DNA of 64,000 nt from Eledone cirrhosa (GCA_964016885.1 OZ024756.1:30256001-30320000); one strand, 5' to 3'; counted from the stretch's first letter, positions 44,910-60,462 are shown. The notes: generated by a model not told the origin, from the letters alone. Numbers and translations: made by a program.

Positions 44910-45250
44910 TTCATATATATAACCAAAGATTATTATGGTTCGTTGATTATTCAACGAATACAATTTTCCCATAGATTAGAAGCACTCGACAATAGATTTT
45001 CCTGGAGTATTTAATATTATGCAAAATATTAATAAATGAAAAAATTCTCATAATCAAAATATATATTTTATTATACATATTTCAAAGGTACATTGGTGTT
45101 TAAGTACATATGGTCTTTATGTCGCATATCAAATCTTACATTTAGTCTGATGAAAACTAACTTAAACACCATTGTACACTTGAAATATGTATAATATAAT
45201 ATATATTTTGATTATGAGAATATTTTTCATTTATTAATATTTTGAATAAT
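44910..45250. mobile_element. Family J fold-back insert
   Basis: About 88 bp arms (45016-45104 / 45159-45250); CTGATGA at 45148; relative at 45738-46015. Confidence 0.65.
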
Positions 45251-45358
45251 ATATATATATATATATAAAAGATACGTTATTCCGGGTTGAATCGGAGGTA
45301 ACCACAGTAAGTAAGGTACTCAATACATAGCAGAGTATAAAAGTTTTAATATAGATGA

Positions 45359-45407
45359 GATTCTACAGGACTAGAACTGTTTCATTCTTTAGAAATCATC
45401 AGGAATC
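45359..45407 (-). ncRNA. Type I hammerhead (family C; element 45272-45412)
   Basis: Exact reverse complement of the 34745-34793 motif. Confidence 0.8.
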
Positions 45408-45409
45408 AG

Positions 45410-45470
<61 letters not shown>

Positions 45471-45700
45471 TATAATAATCTTTGCGTTGCTTTCATCCTT
45501 CTATGTTGTTTACTTGTCTCACTCGCTTTACGCTATTTACTTGTCCCAATAGCTTTATTTAGCTATTGCTCGCACCAACCGGAGGTATATGATTTTTAAT
45601 GCAATGAAATACCAATGAAGGTTGGAAAATCACTGACGAAGGACTATTTTTATCATATGTAACCCATGTGCAACCACGCAGTATTCTTTCTTCTCATGTT

Positions 45701-45735
<35 letters not shown>

Positions 45736-45917
45736 GTAGAGGTTATATTTAATTTGTTGGGATAAAACAAGCAAAATATTTTTATAACTGATATAAAGCA
45801 CTCAACAAATTATTGGAGTAAATATAAAATATATTAACTAGCCAGGAGACACCAACCGTGAAGGTTGCATTTTTCAGGGTATGTCAATATTTATTTATAA
45901 AATTAATCTATATTATA

Positions 45918-45976
45918 TTTTATCTGATGAAAGCGCACCATAATCTGCCTTGGTGGCCCTTGAAATATGTATAATG
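45918..45976 (+). ncRNA. Hammerhead-like motif (family J), imperfect stem I
   Basis: CTGATGA-AAG..CACCA-loop-TGGTG..CTT-GAAAT-AT-GTA. Confidence 0.45.
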
Positions 45977-46019
45977 AAATAAATATGGTTTTATAAATAT
46001 AGTTTCCATTTGTTAATAT

Positions 46020-46061
<42 letters not shown>

Positions 46062-46212
46062 AGTGTGTGTACATAAACACATAAAACTGCATACTGTACT
46101 AGTCTGTAATTCGGAAGTCTGACATACTTCAGTCTACATGTTACATCGGTTACACTAATCTGGACAGACATTTTAAGTGCTGCGTATACTGTATACACGC
46201 ATACACGCATGC

Positions 46213-46292
<80 letters not shown>

Positions 46293-46408
46293 TATATTTA
46301 TTTATATATATAATATATATATATATATACATACATATATATACATATATATACATATATATATTTATATATATATATAATATATATATATATATACATA
46401 AATATATA

Positions 46409-46490
<82 letters not shown>

Positions 46491-46536
46491 CACACTCTTA
46501 TATATTTACATGTATACATATACACACATGTATATA

Positions 46537-46578
<42 letters not shown>

Positions 46579-47062
46579 GATGTTTATATAATTGTTGAAG
46601 TCTACAGTACTTTTGCCTTAACACTCCAGTAGACTTATCGTGTTCGAGCACAATATTCAGTAAGCCATTTGGTGTAATCCGCCATTTCTATTCCACTCCT
46701 CCACCCCCGTGATCCCTCCCCCCGTTTCTATTTATTTACAATAGAAACAACTACTAGTGTTATTAGAATATAAACAATGCACGCCTATGTGAAACTGTGT
46801 TTAGCATAATGGTTAGGGTATTGGATTCACCATCATAAGCTGTGCTGTTCGATTCCTAGACTGAATATTATTGAGCAAGATAAGTATCAGTAATGCAGCT
46901 TAGAACTCTTCTGGGAATTACAGCTTCGTAAATGGCCAGTTAAGCCTACATAGGTGTAAACTGTAAAGTTCAGATCTTCTTTCATGCATGGTTGTGTGGT
47001 TAACAGGTTCATTTCGCAATTGTATTGACATGGGTTATTTCTAATGTGTTGTACTATATAAT

Positions 47063-47337
47063 GTTTTTCTAGACTACGCTCTCTTCAGTGGAACAATATA
47101 TGTTGTAAGTGGAAACATTACGTTTTTCTAGACTACGTTCTCTTCAGTGGAACAATATATGTTGTAAGTGGAAACATTACGTTTTTCTAGACTACGTTCT
47201 CTTCAGGGGAACAATATATGTTGTAAGTGGAAACATTACGTTTTTCTAGACTACGTTCTCTTCAGGGGAACAATATATGTTGTAAGTGGAATCATTACGT
47301 TTTTCTAGACTACGTTCTCTTCAGGGGAACAATATAC
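47063..47337. repeat. 59 bp minisatellite, ~4.7 copies
   Basis: CTAGACTACG at 47069, 47128, 47187, 47246 and 47305. Confidence 0.95.
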
Positions 47338-47354
47338 GTATGTATGTATGTATG

Positions 47355-47554
47355 GATATCTCTCTGCAATTGTCGTCACATGGTACCATGGGCCCAGCAC
47401 TATGTGTCAATAATTGTCACAAGTGTAGTGTTTGTACCAGAGTTTTCAAGTCGCTGGCTGGACTAAAAAGTCACTCGTTCAGCGCATCGGTAGAGGTTCT
47501 CCTACATGGATATAAAGTAGTGGCCGTACTCGAAAACGAGTTGGCAGCCACCAT
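47355..47554 (+). mobile_element. RTE-type LINE derivative 3' fragment with (TATG)n tail
   Basis: Highly similar to 7905-8107. Confidence 0.7.
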
Positions 47555-47714
47555 TGTATGTATGTATGTATGTATGTATGTATGTATGTATGTATGTATG
47601 TATGTATGTATGTATGTATGTATGTATGTATGCATGCATGCATGTATGTATATATATATATATATATGTCTGTGTGTGTGTATGTGTATAAATATATATA
47701 TGTCTGTAAATATG

Positions 47715-47767
<53 letters not shown>

Positions 47768-47775
47768 ACAAATAT

Positions 47776-47870
<95 letters not shown>

Positions 47871-47873
<3 letters not shown>

Positions 47874-48100
47874 CTTTCACGGTATTTTTGACTAAAGGAA
47901 TTTTAGCCTGATAATGGGGTTTAGAACCCTGTGATAAATGGAAAAAGATGAGTATTGACATACGTCAATACTCATCTTTTTCCATTTATCTGAGGGTTCT
48001 AAACCCCATTATCGGGCTAAAATTCCTTTAGTCAAAAATACGGTGAAAGCTATATATTTTCTAATTTCAAACCTGCTCACTGTTTCAAAACATACTTACT
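47871..48100. mobile_element. Family D fold-back insert
   Basis: About 90 bp arms around GAC-ATAC-GTC near 47961. Confidence 0.75.
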
Positions 48101-48435
48101 TGATATATATATATATATACAAATGGAAGTACAGCATAATCGAAGCTCTGGCTGCAGCTAAGCTAACGAATGCAATCGGAATGTGCAGCTAAGCACTCAA
48201 TAAGGTATTTTACCTTAGAGTTATAACATTACGTTTAGACAGCTTTGCAAATTGACGACAGCGACCGGTAAGCCAGCCGCAGGGACCAAAGAAACGAGAA
48301 AACTGACTCAGGAAAAAAAAAAAAAAAAAAATTATTTGTACAAACAAACAAACACAACACACACACACATACACACATATATATATATATATACATACAC
48401 ATATATATATATACACACACATACATACATGCATG

Positions 48436-48503
<68 letters not shown>

Positions 48504-48995
48504 CATGCATGCATACATTGACACATTAACACACACACACGTATATAAGTACAAAGTGTTATATATAGATATAAGTATAAAGTAAAGGGCATTGCTGAAG
48601 GCTGTGTTGAAGCTCGCGTTGAAATCAGTAACGGAGGTGGCGAAGGTGTTGAAGTCGCTATAAATTGATTAAGACATGATTGATTACCTCCCTTTCAAAT
48701 ATTACGACATGTATACGTTATTAACGAAACCGGCATGGCGACGGCAATCAAGAAAATGGCGGCTGTAGTGGAGTTTGTGCAGAATAGGAGGGAGAGTATA
48801 TAATTTTATGTGTAGTGTGAAATAATAGTAAAGACTCGTATATGTCATTAACAGCGAAGGATGGTGATGGCGACGGCGAAGTGATGGTGTTGGTGGGGTT
48901 GTTGAAGTGTAAGTTGTGGCTGGAAGGGGAGGGTTGGTGGTAAGGTACGGTTAGCATGGGACATTGATGAGTGGAATTAGATATTGAGAGTATTC

Positions 48996-49050
<55 letters not shown>

Positions 49051-49064
49051 GTATATATAAATAA

Positions 49065-49121
<57 letters not shown>

Positions 49122-49177
49122 TATATATATATATAAATGTATGATTATGTATATTTCCATTGAGAGAGTATAAAGTG

Positions 49178-49214
<37 letters not shown>

Positions 49215-49289
49215 TATCTATACGTATGTATATGTATATTTCCAGTGAGGGAGTATATATATAAATAATATGTATATATTTACATAAAT

Positions 49290-49336
<47 letters not shown>

Positions 49337-49650
49337 CATACAGACACATGGATACACACACACATATACATATATTTATACATATATATACATATATATA
49401 CATATATATATATACGCGTCTATGGTGTAAGCACGTTTGGATGTACAACATTCCCAAACCAATAAACATGGAAATACGCACCGAAATTTAATACAAAAGC
49501 TAACACGTGGAAACACACACACACACACATATATGCACACACATACACACACATACACACACATACACATATACATACACACTCACACACACATCTACAT
49601 GAACGTATACCCCTTTATATATATATATATATACACACACATATATATAT

Positions 49651-49710
<60 letters not shown>

Positions 49711-49715
49711 ATTTA

Positions 49716-49778
<63 letters not shown>

Positions 49779-49791
49779 GTATATGTATATA

Positions 49792-49895
<104 letters not shown>

Positions 49896-50023
49896 TATAT
49901 ATACAATAAGTGTATTACTTGCGCTCCTCAATGTTTTGCTGAACGATTTGAAATGTACATCATGTAATGAAACTTCAAGTAGCGAAAGTGCTGTTATTTA
50001 CTCTCTTTCTCCCCCCCTCTCTC

Positions 50024-50119
<96 letters not shown>

Positions 50120-50979
50120 AGTGTGTATGTATAAGACTGTATATGTAAATATTTATATATATATATGTATGTATTGATGTATGTATGTATGTATGTATGT
50201 ATGTATGTATGTATGTATGTGTGTATGTATGTATGTATGTATGTATGTATGTATGTATGTATATATATATAAAGAGAGAGAGAGAGAGAGAGAGAGAAGG
50301 TGAAAGAGAGATAGTGAAGGAAATAAGAAAGAGTGAGAGTGTGAGAAGGAGATTCAGAGAGAAATTTATAAATGTACATACATATATCTATCTACATACA
50401 TAAATACTACATACACAAATGTATATATCTACATACACATATATAGGTTCACACATGACACATTCATACATATATACACACATATATACACACATACATA
50501 CATCAATACATACATACATCCATACATATATACATACTTATATACATATATATAGTCATATACACACATGCATACATACATATATAATACATACATACAT
50601 ACATACATACATACATAGATATATAGATACATAGAATCTGTACAATATTTTGCCTGTCCTGTGCCCGCTAGGTATATTGATTTCTGTTTGATTGTGCTCA
50701 CGAAGTCTCCTTTGTGTAAACTTTCCAAAAATGGCTACTACATACCTATGTCACAAAACAAAGGCGATTCTAATATTTTGGCTAGCGCTCTAGTTTCTAG
50801 GACGCAATTTTCTACACCGGATAGACAATATTATTAGTGTTGTGGTATATATGTATGTCCAGTGTTCATTTGCATTCTACTCCAGACAAGAATAACTTTT
50901 CTTCTTGAGTAACTCTGAATATTATCTATACACTTCTTGAACTTCTGTCAAACCATTGACAAAATAATAACAACAACAA

Positions 50980-52095
50980 TAATAATTGTTTCTACTTTTG
51001 GCACAAGGACAGCAATTACCCCCAATGCATTACTGATACTTTATTTTATCGACCTCGTAAGGATGAAAAGCAAAGTTAACCTGGTGGGATTTGAACTCAG
51101 AACAAAGCATGTAGTCTGACTGATACTGCAAACCACCACCCATTTACAAAATAATAATTGTTTCTACTTTTGGCACAAGGCCAGCAATTACTCCAGTGCA
51201 TTACTGGTACTTTATTTTATCGACCCCGTAATGATGAAAGGCAAAGTTAACCTCGGCGGGATTTGAACCCAGAATGGAAAGGGCCGTAACTTTATGCGTC
51301 AAAGCATGACGTCCGACCCTCTACCGATACTGCCAATCCACCGCCATTTACAAAATAATAATGATTTCTATTATAGACACAAGACCTGTAATTTGGGGCG
51401 AGGGAAAAGTCGACTAAGTCGACCCCAGTTCATTACTTCTGTTTTGCTTTATCGACCCCGTAAGGATGAAATACAAAGCTCATCTCAGCGGGATGATGAT
51501 GAAGATGATGATAATATTCAGAATATACATAAACATAGCAAGGATTGTTTTTCTCTACGATTCTTTAATGATTCAACAAATTCACTCTACTGGGCTGGTA
51601 CTTAACTTTATCGACCCAGGACTACTGAAAATCTTGGTTGACTTCGGAATGATTCAGAAAAATTTACAAGGTAATTTATCTTATGTTCTGTTCTAATAGT
51701 TCAGCCAATACTTTATGCTCTCCCTTTAGAAGGAGAACATATATGAAGCTCTAACAATTTTGTAATTTCACTACGCTGAACTGGTTTCTATTTTATTAAA
51801 TCAGCGCTATAGAAAGACATGTTTTTCCTCGGTGGAATTTGAATTTACAACGTAATGAGCCGAATAAATATAATGATTTCTAGAATAGGAACAAGACCAG
51901 TAATTGTGGGGGGGGGGGGGGGGGAGTCGATTAAATCGACCCCAGTACGTTACTGGTGCTTTATTTTATCGACACCGTAAGGATGAAAGGCAAAGTTAAC
52001 CTCGGCGGGATTTGAACTCAGGTCATAAAGGGACGTAACTCTATGCTGCAAAGCATGGTGTCCGACTCTCTACCAATATAGCCAATCCATCACCC
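50980..52095 (-). mobile_element. Cluster of family 1 SINEs
   Basis: Copies at about 50980-51140, 51150-51347 (flanked by CATTTACAAAATAATAAT), 51355-51495 and 51870-52095, plus fragments. Confidence 0.85.
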
Positions 52096-52326
52096 TAGAC
52101 GGAATATATATCATAAAGTATAAAGAGCTATCTGATACTGTAACGACTCTGATAAACCACTGTCCTGGACAGTTACTTTATATTATCCACCCAGGTGTAT
52201 ATAAATATACAAAGCAAAACATGGTTTAGGTGAGGGCGAGAGTAGACTGCGGTGAGTTTGTGTGTGAATGTGTGAACATGTGTATATGTTTGTGTGCGTA
52301 CATGTGTCTGTATGCTTGCGTTTCTT

Positions 52327-52857
52327 TGTGTATCTGTGCATACGGGTGTGTGTATATGTGCGGGTTGGCTGTTTAAGTACGTAAGCGTACGAGTGTGTGT
52401 GTATCTGTGCATATGCATACGGGTGTGTGTATATGTGCGGGTTGGCTGTTTAAGTACGTAAGCGTACGAGTGTGTGTGTATCTGTGCATATGCATACGGG
52501 TGTGTGTATATGTGCGGGTTGGCTGTTTAAGTACGTAAGCGTACGAGCGTGTGTGTATCTGTGCATATGCATACGGGTGTGTGTATATGTGCGGGTTGGC
52601 TGTTTAAGTACGTAAGCGTACGAGCGTGTGTGTATCTGTGCATATGCATACGGGTGTGTGTATATGTGCGGGTTGGCTGTTTAAGTACGTAAGAGTACGA
52701 GCGTGTGTGTATCTGTGCATACGGGTGTGTGTATATGTGCGGGTTGGCTGTTTAAGTACGTAAGCGTACGAGCGTGTGTGTATCTGTGCATATGCATACG
52801 GGTGTGTGTATATGTGCGGGTTGGCTGTTTAAGTACGTAAGCGTATGAGCGTGTGTA
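52327..52857. repeat. 77 bp minisatellite, ~7 copies
   Basis: TACGGG at 52341, 52418, 52495, 52572, 52649, 52720 and 52797. Confidence 0.95.
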
Positions 52858-53885
52858 TGAATACGTCCAGTTCGTGACTGTGTGCCTGCGAGTGTGTTTT
52901 ATGTATGCGAATGGGTGTGACATATTCATGTATGTGTATATACGGGCGTATGTGGGTTTACATGTATATATACTTTTGTCTGTGTGCGTACATGATTGCA
53001 TGCGTTGATTTGCATATATGTGTGCTAGTGTATGTATGTGTATTTACATATTTGTGTGTGTGCCTCTGTGTGTGTGTGTGTGTGTGTGAGTGTGTGTGAG
53101 TGTGTGCGAGTGTATTATGTGTGTGAGTGTGTGTGAGTGTGTATGTGTCTATTCGTGCATAATGATTTGGGCAAATAATCTTAAATAATGATTTATGAGA
53201 TTCGAGGAAAAAAAAAAAGCCATATATTGGTTCGGAGGGAGGAATTAGAGTCAATAGAAGATTTTCTCACTTCATGATTGGTAGTTTCTGTTTTTTTTTT
53301 TTATCAAACTTGTGAGGGAGTAAGTTAGGAAATTGGAATCACAGTAAATTATTTAAAGTAACATCCCGAATACGAGGAAACGGATGAGATTCTTTATCAT
53401 TGTTGTCGTTGTTGTAGATGTTCTAGTTGTTGTTGTAGGTGTTGTTGTAGTTGTTGTAGTTGCTGTTGTTGTTGTTGTTGTTGTTGTTGTTGTAGTTGTT
53501 GTAGTTATTGTTGTTGTAGTTGTAGTAGTTGCTGTTGTTGTTGTAGTTGTTGTTTAACCCCAGGTCAGTTCTGACCGAGAAGACATATGATGAAAGTTAT
53601 TCCAGGATTTGACAATCAAATCTTCCCCCACCCCCACCCCCACCCTTCATGTTCAGGAAATCGAAGATGTCTTCCTCTAACGTGTTTTTGATTTTAAGAT
53701 GTCCGATTTGGGGAAGACTTGGTTGATGTCTCTATCTGATCATGTGACGATGTAGATCGAGAATGTCTACTACAGCAACAAAGATTGTGTGGGGGGAGGG
53801 TGGGGAATTGAAAGTTGTATGTGTGTGTGTGTGTGAGTGTGTGTGTGTGTGCGTGTGTGTATGTAGTTCGAGACTTGTGTATTTC

Positions 53886-54330
53886 AATAATGATTTCTAG
53901 TATAGGCACAAGGCCAGTAATTTGGAGGAAGTGGAAAACCATTAAATCGATACCAGTACATTACTGGTACAGTATTTTATCGACCCCGTAAGGATGAAAA
54001 GCAAAGTTAACCTCGGCAGAATTTGAACTCAGACCGTAAAGGACCGTAACTCTATGCTGCAAAGCATGGTGTCCGACGCTCTACCAATTCTGCCAATCCA
54101 CCGCCCTCAATTGATTAATAATGATTTCTATTATAGGCACAAGGCCAGTAACTTGGGGGAGGGGAAAGTCGATTAAATAGACCCCAGTACGTTACTGGTT
54201 CTTTATTTTATCGACCCCGTAAGGATGAAAAGGAAAGTTAACCTCGGCGGGATTTGAACTCCGACCGTAAATATCCTATCTCTATGCTGCAAAGCATGGT
54301 GTCCAACTCTACCGATAATTCTAATCCACC
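53886..54330 (-). mobile_element. Tandem pair of long-form family 1 SINEs
   Basis: Copies at 53886-54107 and 54116-54330; CTTGTGTATTTCAATAAT flanks the pair. Confidence 0.85.
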
Positions 54331-54351
54331 ATCCTTGTGTATTTCAATAAT

Positions 54352-54645
54352 AGGCCCTTTTCGACCATTGGTTTGCACCTGGAAAGCTCATCTCCAACAT
54401 GTTAATCTAAACGAAGTGGTTTGTAGAAGAACCGCCTTAGCCCCTGTATAGCAATCTGCCATCAATGTTGGCCAGCTTGTTAACAGTGTGTCAGTCAGCT
54501 AATTTATTTTCCAATTACAAGAATCGTAACGGCGTAAAATATAGACTTGCTTCAGGACACAACGGACCTCCCGGCCAAGGAGTAGAACTCGTGTCCTTAC
54601 GATCCTGAGCCGAACACACTAACCACTAAACCACTTACCTTCACA
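54352..54645 (-). mobile_element. Older SINE with a family 2-like head
   Basis: CTTGCTTCAGGACACAAC..GAACTC..TAACCACTAAACCAC..CTTCAC. Confidence 0.55.
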
Positions 54646-54997
54646 CATCTTTGATATAATACAGTTAAATAATGATTAATAATAGCCAAAATATTTCTCC
54701 ATTTCCCCTCCATAAAAATAAATGTTCGGCTGAATACTAAAATCTATCCTTACACACATCGTAGTAAAATAAGGTCACCCCCCCAGTTTTCACCTCATAA
54801 ATCACTAGAAACTATTTGTAATTATTGATAGCTGTATTGTATTTCTTTACAAATGAGGCCGTCATGTTTTACAAATATACATCATAAAAAACAAACATAT
54901 ATTTCACTAAACAAATAAGCAAACATATATTTCATAAAAAAAACTAACAAACATTTAACGAAAATTATTCATGAAATGTAATAGAAAGACAATAAGA

Positions 54998-55113
<116 letters not shown>

Positions 55114-55562
55114 CTAATAATCACTCGTTACAAAAGAAACACACACATACACACGTGCGTGGACAAATAAACACACACACACATATGTTTGTGGGTGGGT
55201 ATATGTATACATTAATTCATATATGTATGTGTGTATAGATATATACAGACACATACACACACAGACATACATCTCTCTTTCTCTCTTTATATATACATAT
55301 ATATATAACGGGAGAGATCAAATATTCACAAAATGGAGGTATTGTATGAAAATATGAACATATCGCAATAATATAAATGGCGGAGTGTCAGGGTGATTAA
55401 AGGGTAGTTTTCTATTGGCCAATATTGTGTGAGTAATAAATACAAATATATAAGGAAGAAGAATTTGTGTTAGGCGAAGAACTGTTTTTAACGTAACATA
55501 GAGTATTATTGTATTGGTACATTCATATACTTACAATGGTACATTGGTATATAGGGAAATTG

Positions 55563-55614
<52 letters not shown>

Positions 55615-55617
55615 ATG

Positions 55618-55678
<61 letters not shown>

Positions 55679-55721
55679 AAGGAATATATTAGGTTAACGC
55701 TTGAAATAGCAGGAAGAGGGA

Positions 55722-55755
55722 CTTAACTTTTCGGACGTCAGTCCTTCATCAGAAG
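55722..55755 (-). ncRNA. Minimal hammerhead (family F; element 55677-55913)
   Basis: Minus strand CTT-CTGATGA-A-GGAC-TGAC-GTCC-GAAAA-GTT-AAG. Confidence 0.6.
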
Positions 55756-56142
55756 AAAGAATGAGAAATAAGATAGATTGAAGGGACGGGTGGGTTGTAA
55801 TCGGAAAAATTGTCTTTAGATAAAAATAACAGGTCTATTCATGTTGACATCTCTTGGAAAATTGTTGATGGTGGCATTTTGTGTACAATTTATTTTTTTA
55901 GAAAAGTGGATGGTATATATATATATATATATACACATATATATATATATATATGAAATATATCAAATGAAATAACGGAGTTACAGGCTCGAGTTAATCC
56001 CTGTAATTGTATGAGCTCAAGGAATGATTTCCGGCCTCTTCATAATACAGTATATAGAGAAGAAAATACAAAAAGGGCTATGTTTTCAGGTACAAGGAGT
56101 GTAACTGAAATCATACCCCTTTTGGGTAGATTGAGACATTAT

Positions 56143-56570
56143 TAGATTGGTAGATTGGTAGATTGGTACGGTGGTACATGGGTATATAGGAAGATCGGTA
56201 CAGCGGTGGAGCTGTTAGAATAGTAGATTGCTAGATTGGTAGATTGGTAGATTGGTACGGTGGTACATGGGTATATAGGAAGATTGGTACAGCGGTGGAG
56301 CTGTTAGAATAGTAGATTGCTAGATTGGTAGATTGGTAGATTGGTACGGTGGTACATGGGTATATAGGAAGATTGGTACAGCGGTGGAGCTGTTAGAATA
56401 GTAGATTGCTAGATTGGTAGATTGGTAGATTGGTACGGTGGTACATGGGTATATAGGAAGATTGGTACAGCGGTGGAGCTGTTAGAATAGTAGATTGCTA
56501 GATTGGTAGATTAAGTAGATTGGTACAGTGGTACATGGATATATCGGAAGTTGCTGCAGTGGTACAGTTG
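56143..56570. repeat. 89 bp minisatellite built on an AGATTGGT subunit
   Basis: CGGTGGTACATGG at 56169, 56258, 56347 and 56436. Confidence 0.95.
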
Positions 56571-56574
56571 TATA

Positions 56575-56800
56575 AAGGCACAAGGCCAACAATTTTAGGG
56601 GAGAGGAAAAGTCGTTTAAACCGACACCAGTAATGCACTGGTGACGGTTTAAACGACTTTTAAATATTTTATCTACTCAGTAACGATGAAAGTTAAAGCT
56701 AAACTCGGCGGGATTTGAACTCAGAAAGTAAATGGCGTTAACTATATGCCGCAAAGCATGGTGTCCGATGTTCTACCAATACATCCATTCCACCACCCTC
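56575..56800 (-). mobile_element. SINE family 1, long form
   Basis: Consensus match, with a small internal inversion at 56608-56661. Confidence 0.8.
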
Positions 56801-57040
56801 ACGTGTAGATTAATATAAAATATACCAAAACACAAGCATGTCATGTGCTGAGTAATCAGTAAGCTAGTCCGACATAGATGGCGACAATTCATTAAGATTC
56901 TGTGGAGAGATGTTCTCTTTCTAATATTTAGATTATGTGAAATGACGGCATATGCATCGATGTATGTATGTATGTATGTATGTATGTATGCATATGTGTA
57001 TGTTTGTTTGTTTGTATGTATATATATATGTGTGTGTGTG

Positions 57041-57198
<158 letters not shown>

Positions 57199-57206
57199 TA
57201 TATCTC

Positions 57207-57255
<49 letters not shown>

Positions 57256-57593
57256 TATATATATGCACACATATATATATGCACACATATATATATGCAA
57301 ATATGTGTATATATTTCATTGACAGAATTAGTTTAATTTTCAATGTCTGAGAGGGAAAAAACCTTTAAAAAATATATTTGAAAATTGAAAATAAAGACGA
57401 GCTAATATAGAAATCACGTGACGTGTAATGATCGATCGTTGATGTCAGCGTATGCATTTCCCGCGTTTCTCGCGTTTCCATAGTTACAAAGGAATCAAAC
57501 TAATTAAGTTGAGCAGGCCGTTAATATTTAACATGTATTAAGCGATTCGACGTCAGAAGCAAATATTTTAGGATTGCGATGTCTAATGTAATG

Positions 57594-57679
<86 letters not shown>

Positions 57680-57685
57680 CATATA

Positions 57686-57735
<50 letters not shown>

Positions 57736-57736
57736 G

Positions 57737-57812
<76 letters not shown>

Positions 57813-57813
57813 C

Positions 57814-57887
<74 letters not shown>

Positions 57888-57896
57888 TTATATGTA

Positions 57897-58069
<173 letters not shown>

Positions 58070-58137
58070 TTATACACATCCATTTATATGTACATGCATT
58101 TTATGTGAGATACACAAATGACATGATTGATATTGTA

Positions 58138-58178
<41 letters not shown>

Positions 58179-58342
58179 CACGTACATGCATACATGAATG
58201 AATATACATATATATATACATACATATATACATTACATACATACATATATACGTGTATATATATATACATAAATACATACATGAATGCACATATACTTGC
58301 ATGCACCTATATGTATATATGTATATATATATATAAAATATG

Positions 58343-58488
<146 letters not shown>

Positions 58489-58991
58489 GTATATATATAC
58501 ATACATATACATACATATACATATACGTACACACATATATATATACACGTTCATTGTATGTGAAATGCGGATATGACATGATACCGATGTCGAGAGAAAG
58601 GAATGTTGGCGTCATCAGGTGTCAAGTGAAACCAAGGGATACAAGCGACCTAATCAGGGGAAATAACAAAGGATTGTACAATTTTACAATTGAGGAATTG
58701 ATGATATATGTTTGTGTTTGGCGTTGTGTCTTTTGTTGTAGTATGTGACAGCAACTGAAATGGAATTTCCCAGTTGGTGAATAAACAGCAGCATATATTT
58801 ATGTATGTATGTATGTATGTATGTATGTATGTATGTATGTATGTATGTATGTATGTATGTATGTATGTGTGTATGTGTGTATGTATGTATGTATGTATGT
58901 ATGTGTGTATGTATGTATGTATGTATGTATGTATGTATGTATGTATGTATGTATGTATGTATGTATGTATGCATGTATGTATTTATGTATG

Positions 58992-59054
<63 letters not shown>

Positions 59055-59066
59055 ACACACATCATT

Positions 59067-59107
<41 letters not shown>

Positions 59108-59257
59108 TCACACACATACACCCAGAAAAACATATACATATATATATATGTATATATATGTACAAATTTGAGTAAATATATATACACATATATATATATA
59201 TATATATACACATACATATATATACATATATATATATGTTTATACATGTATGTACAT

Positions 59258-59401
<144 letters not shown>

Positions 59402-59412
59402 GTATGTATATA

Positions 59413-59481
<69 letters not shown>

Positions 59482-59709
59482 GTTCTTGAAAGGAAATTAT
59501 AATACGTTTAAATGTCAATAGAATTGCAGAAAGTTTCGTGAAATTAGATTCGATATCTTTGTTGTTATCATATGACACTTTATATGATGCTTTGTTGGAA
59601 GGTAGAATTGTGATGTGAGCCTGTCTAATTAGATATTACACATGTGACGGACCTCAGTCGGTTACGACGATGATTTTTGTACATAATTTTGATCAACGAA
59701 ATAAACCCT

Positions 59710-59985
59710 CTGAAATTAGCATGCAGCTAGCTCAACTTTCAACATACAGGTATATCGGGAAGATTCGCCATGACAGAAAGTGTAACGAGGCTGGACGTTT
59801 GGATTACGATTATAATTAATCTTTTGTTATGAGGTAAGTGGCTGAGCATTTCGCAGAAACTTAATGTACCATGAAGTAGTTCTTTGGAATATCTCTCTAC
59901 TCAATTTCCATTAGAAGGATTCGGTTGATCCAAGGCTGTGCTTAAGAATCTTGCCAAGGACTCTCTGCTGTGAGATCGAATAGGA
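59710..59985. mobile_element. Degenerate octopus-type SINE fragments
   Basis: GATTCGCCATGACAGAAAGTGTAACGAGGCTGG and AAGGATTCGGTTGATCCAAGGCTGTG..CTTGCCAAGG; recognised from memory only. Confidence 0.4.
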
Positions 59986-60060
59986 AACGTAACGGTGGTG
60001 ATGTGAAATACTTAACACATCATCTACGTCTACGCACACTGGCTGTATATATATATATAT

Positions 60061-60141
<81 letters not shown>

Positions 60142-60406
60142 TATATATATATACATATATATTTGTGTGTGTGTGTGTGTGTGTGTGTTTATATATATAT
60201 ATATATAGATATAGATTTGTATGTATATGTATATGTATGTATACAGGTTATCTGTATATATATATACGTACAGTTAAATAAATAGGTTGTGTTGAAACGG
60301 CGTATATATAAACACCATACTAAAAACATGCACGTAACGTCTACAACTCAATTAACAAAAATGAACACACCAAAATAATAATAATTATAATAATAATAAT
60401 AACAAC

Positions 60407-60462
<56 letters not shown>

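Noticed and set aside
47063-47337. 59 bp repeat as a CRISPR array or tandem hammerhead
   Set aside because: There are no unique spacers and the context is eukaryotic. The minus-strand CTGAAGA...GAAA lacks convincing stems I-III.
47286-47873. C2H2-like motif as a host zinc-finger gene
   Set aside because: It lies in a two-copy retroelement 3' end, is flanked by tandem repeats, and the second His is lost by frameshift in this copy.
48735-48802. AAAATGGCGGC (YY1-like) with a short ATG frame
   Set aside because: The frame ends after 22 codons and a single motif is not enough to call a promoter.
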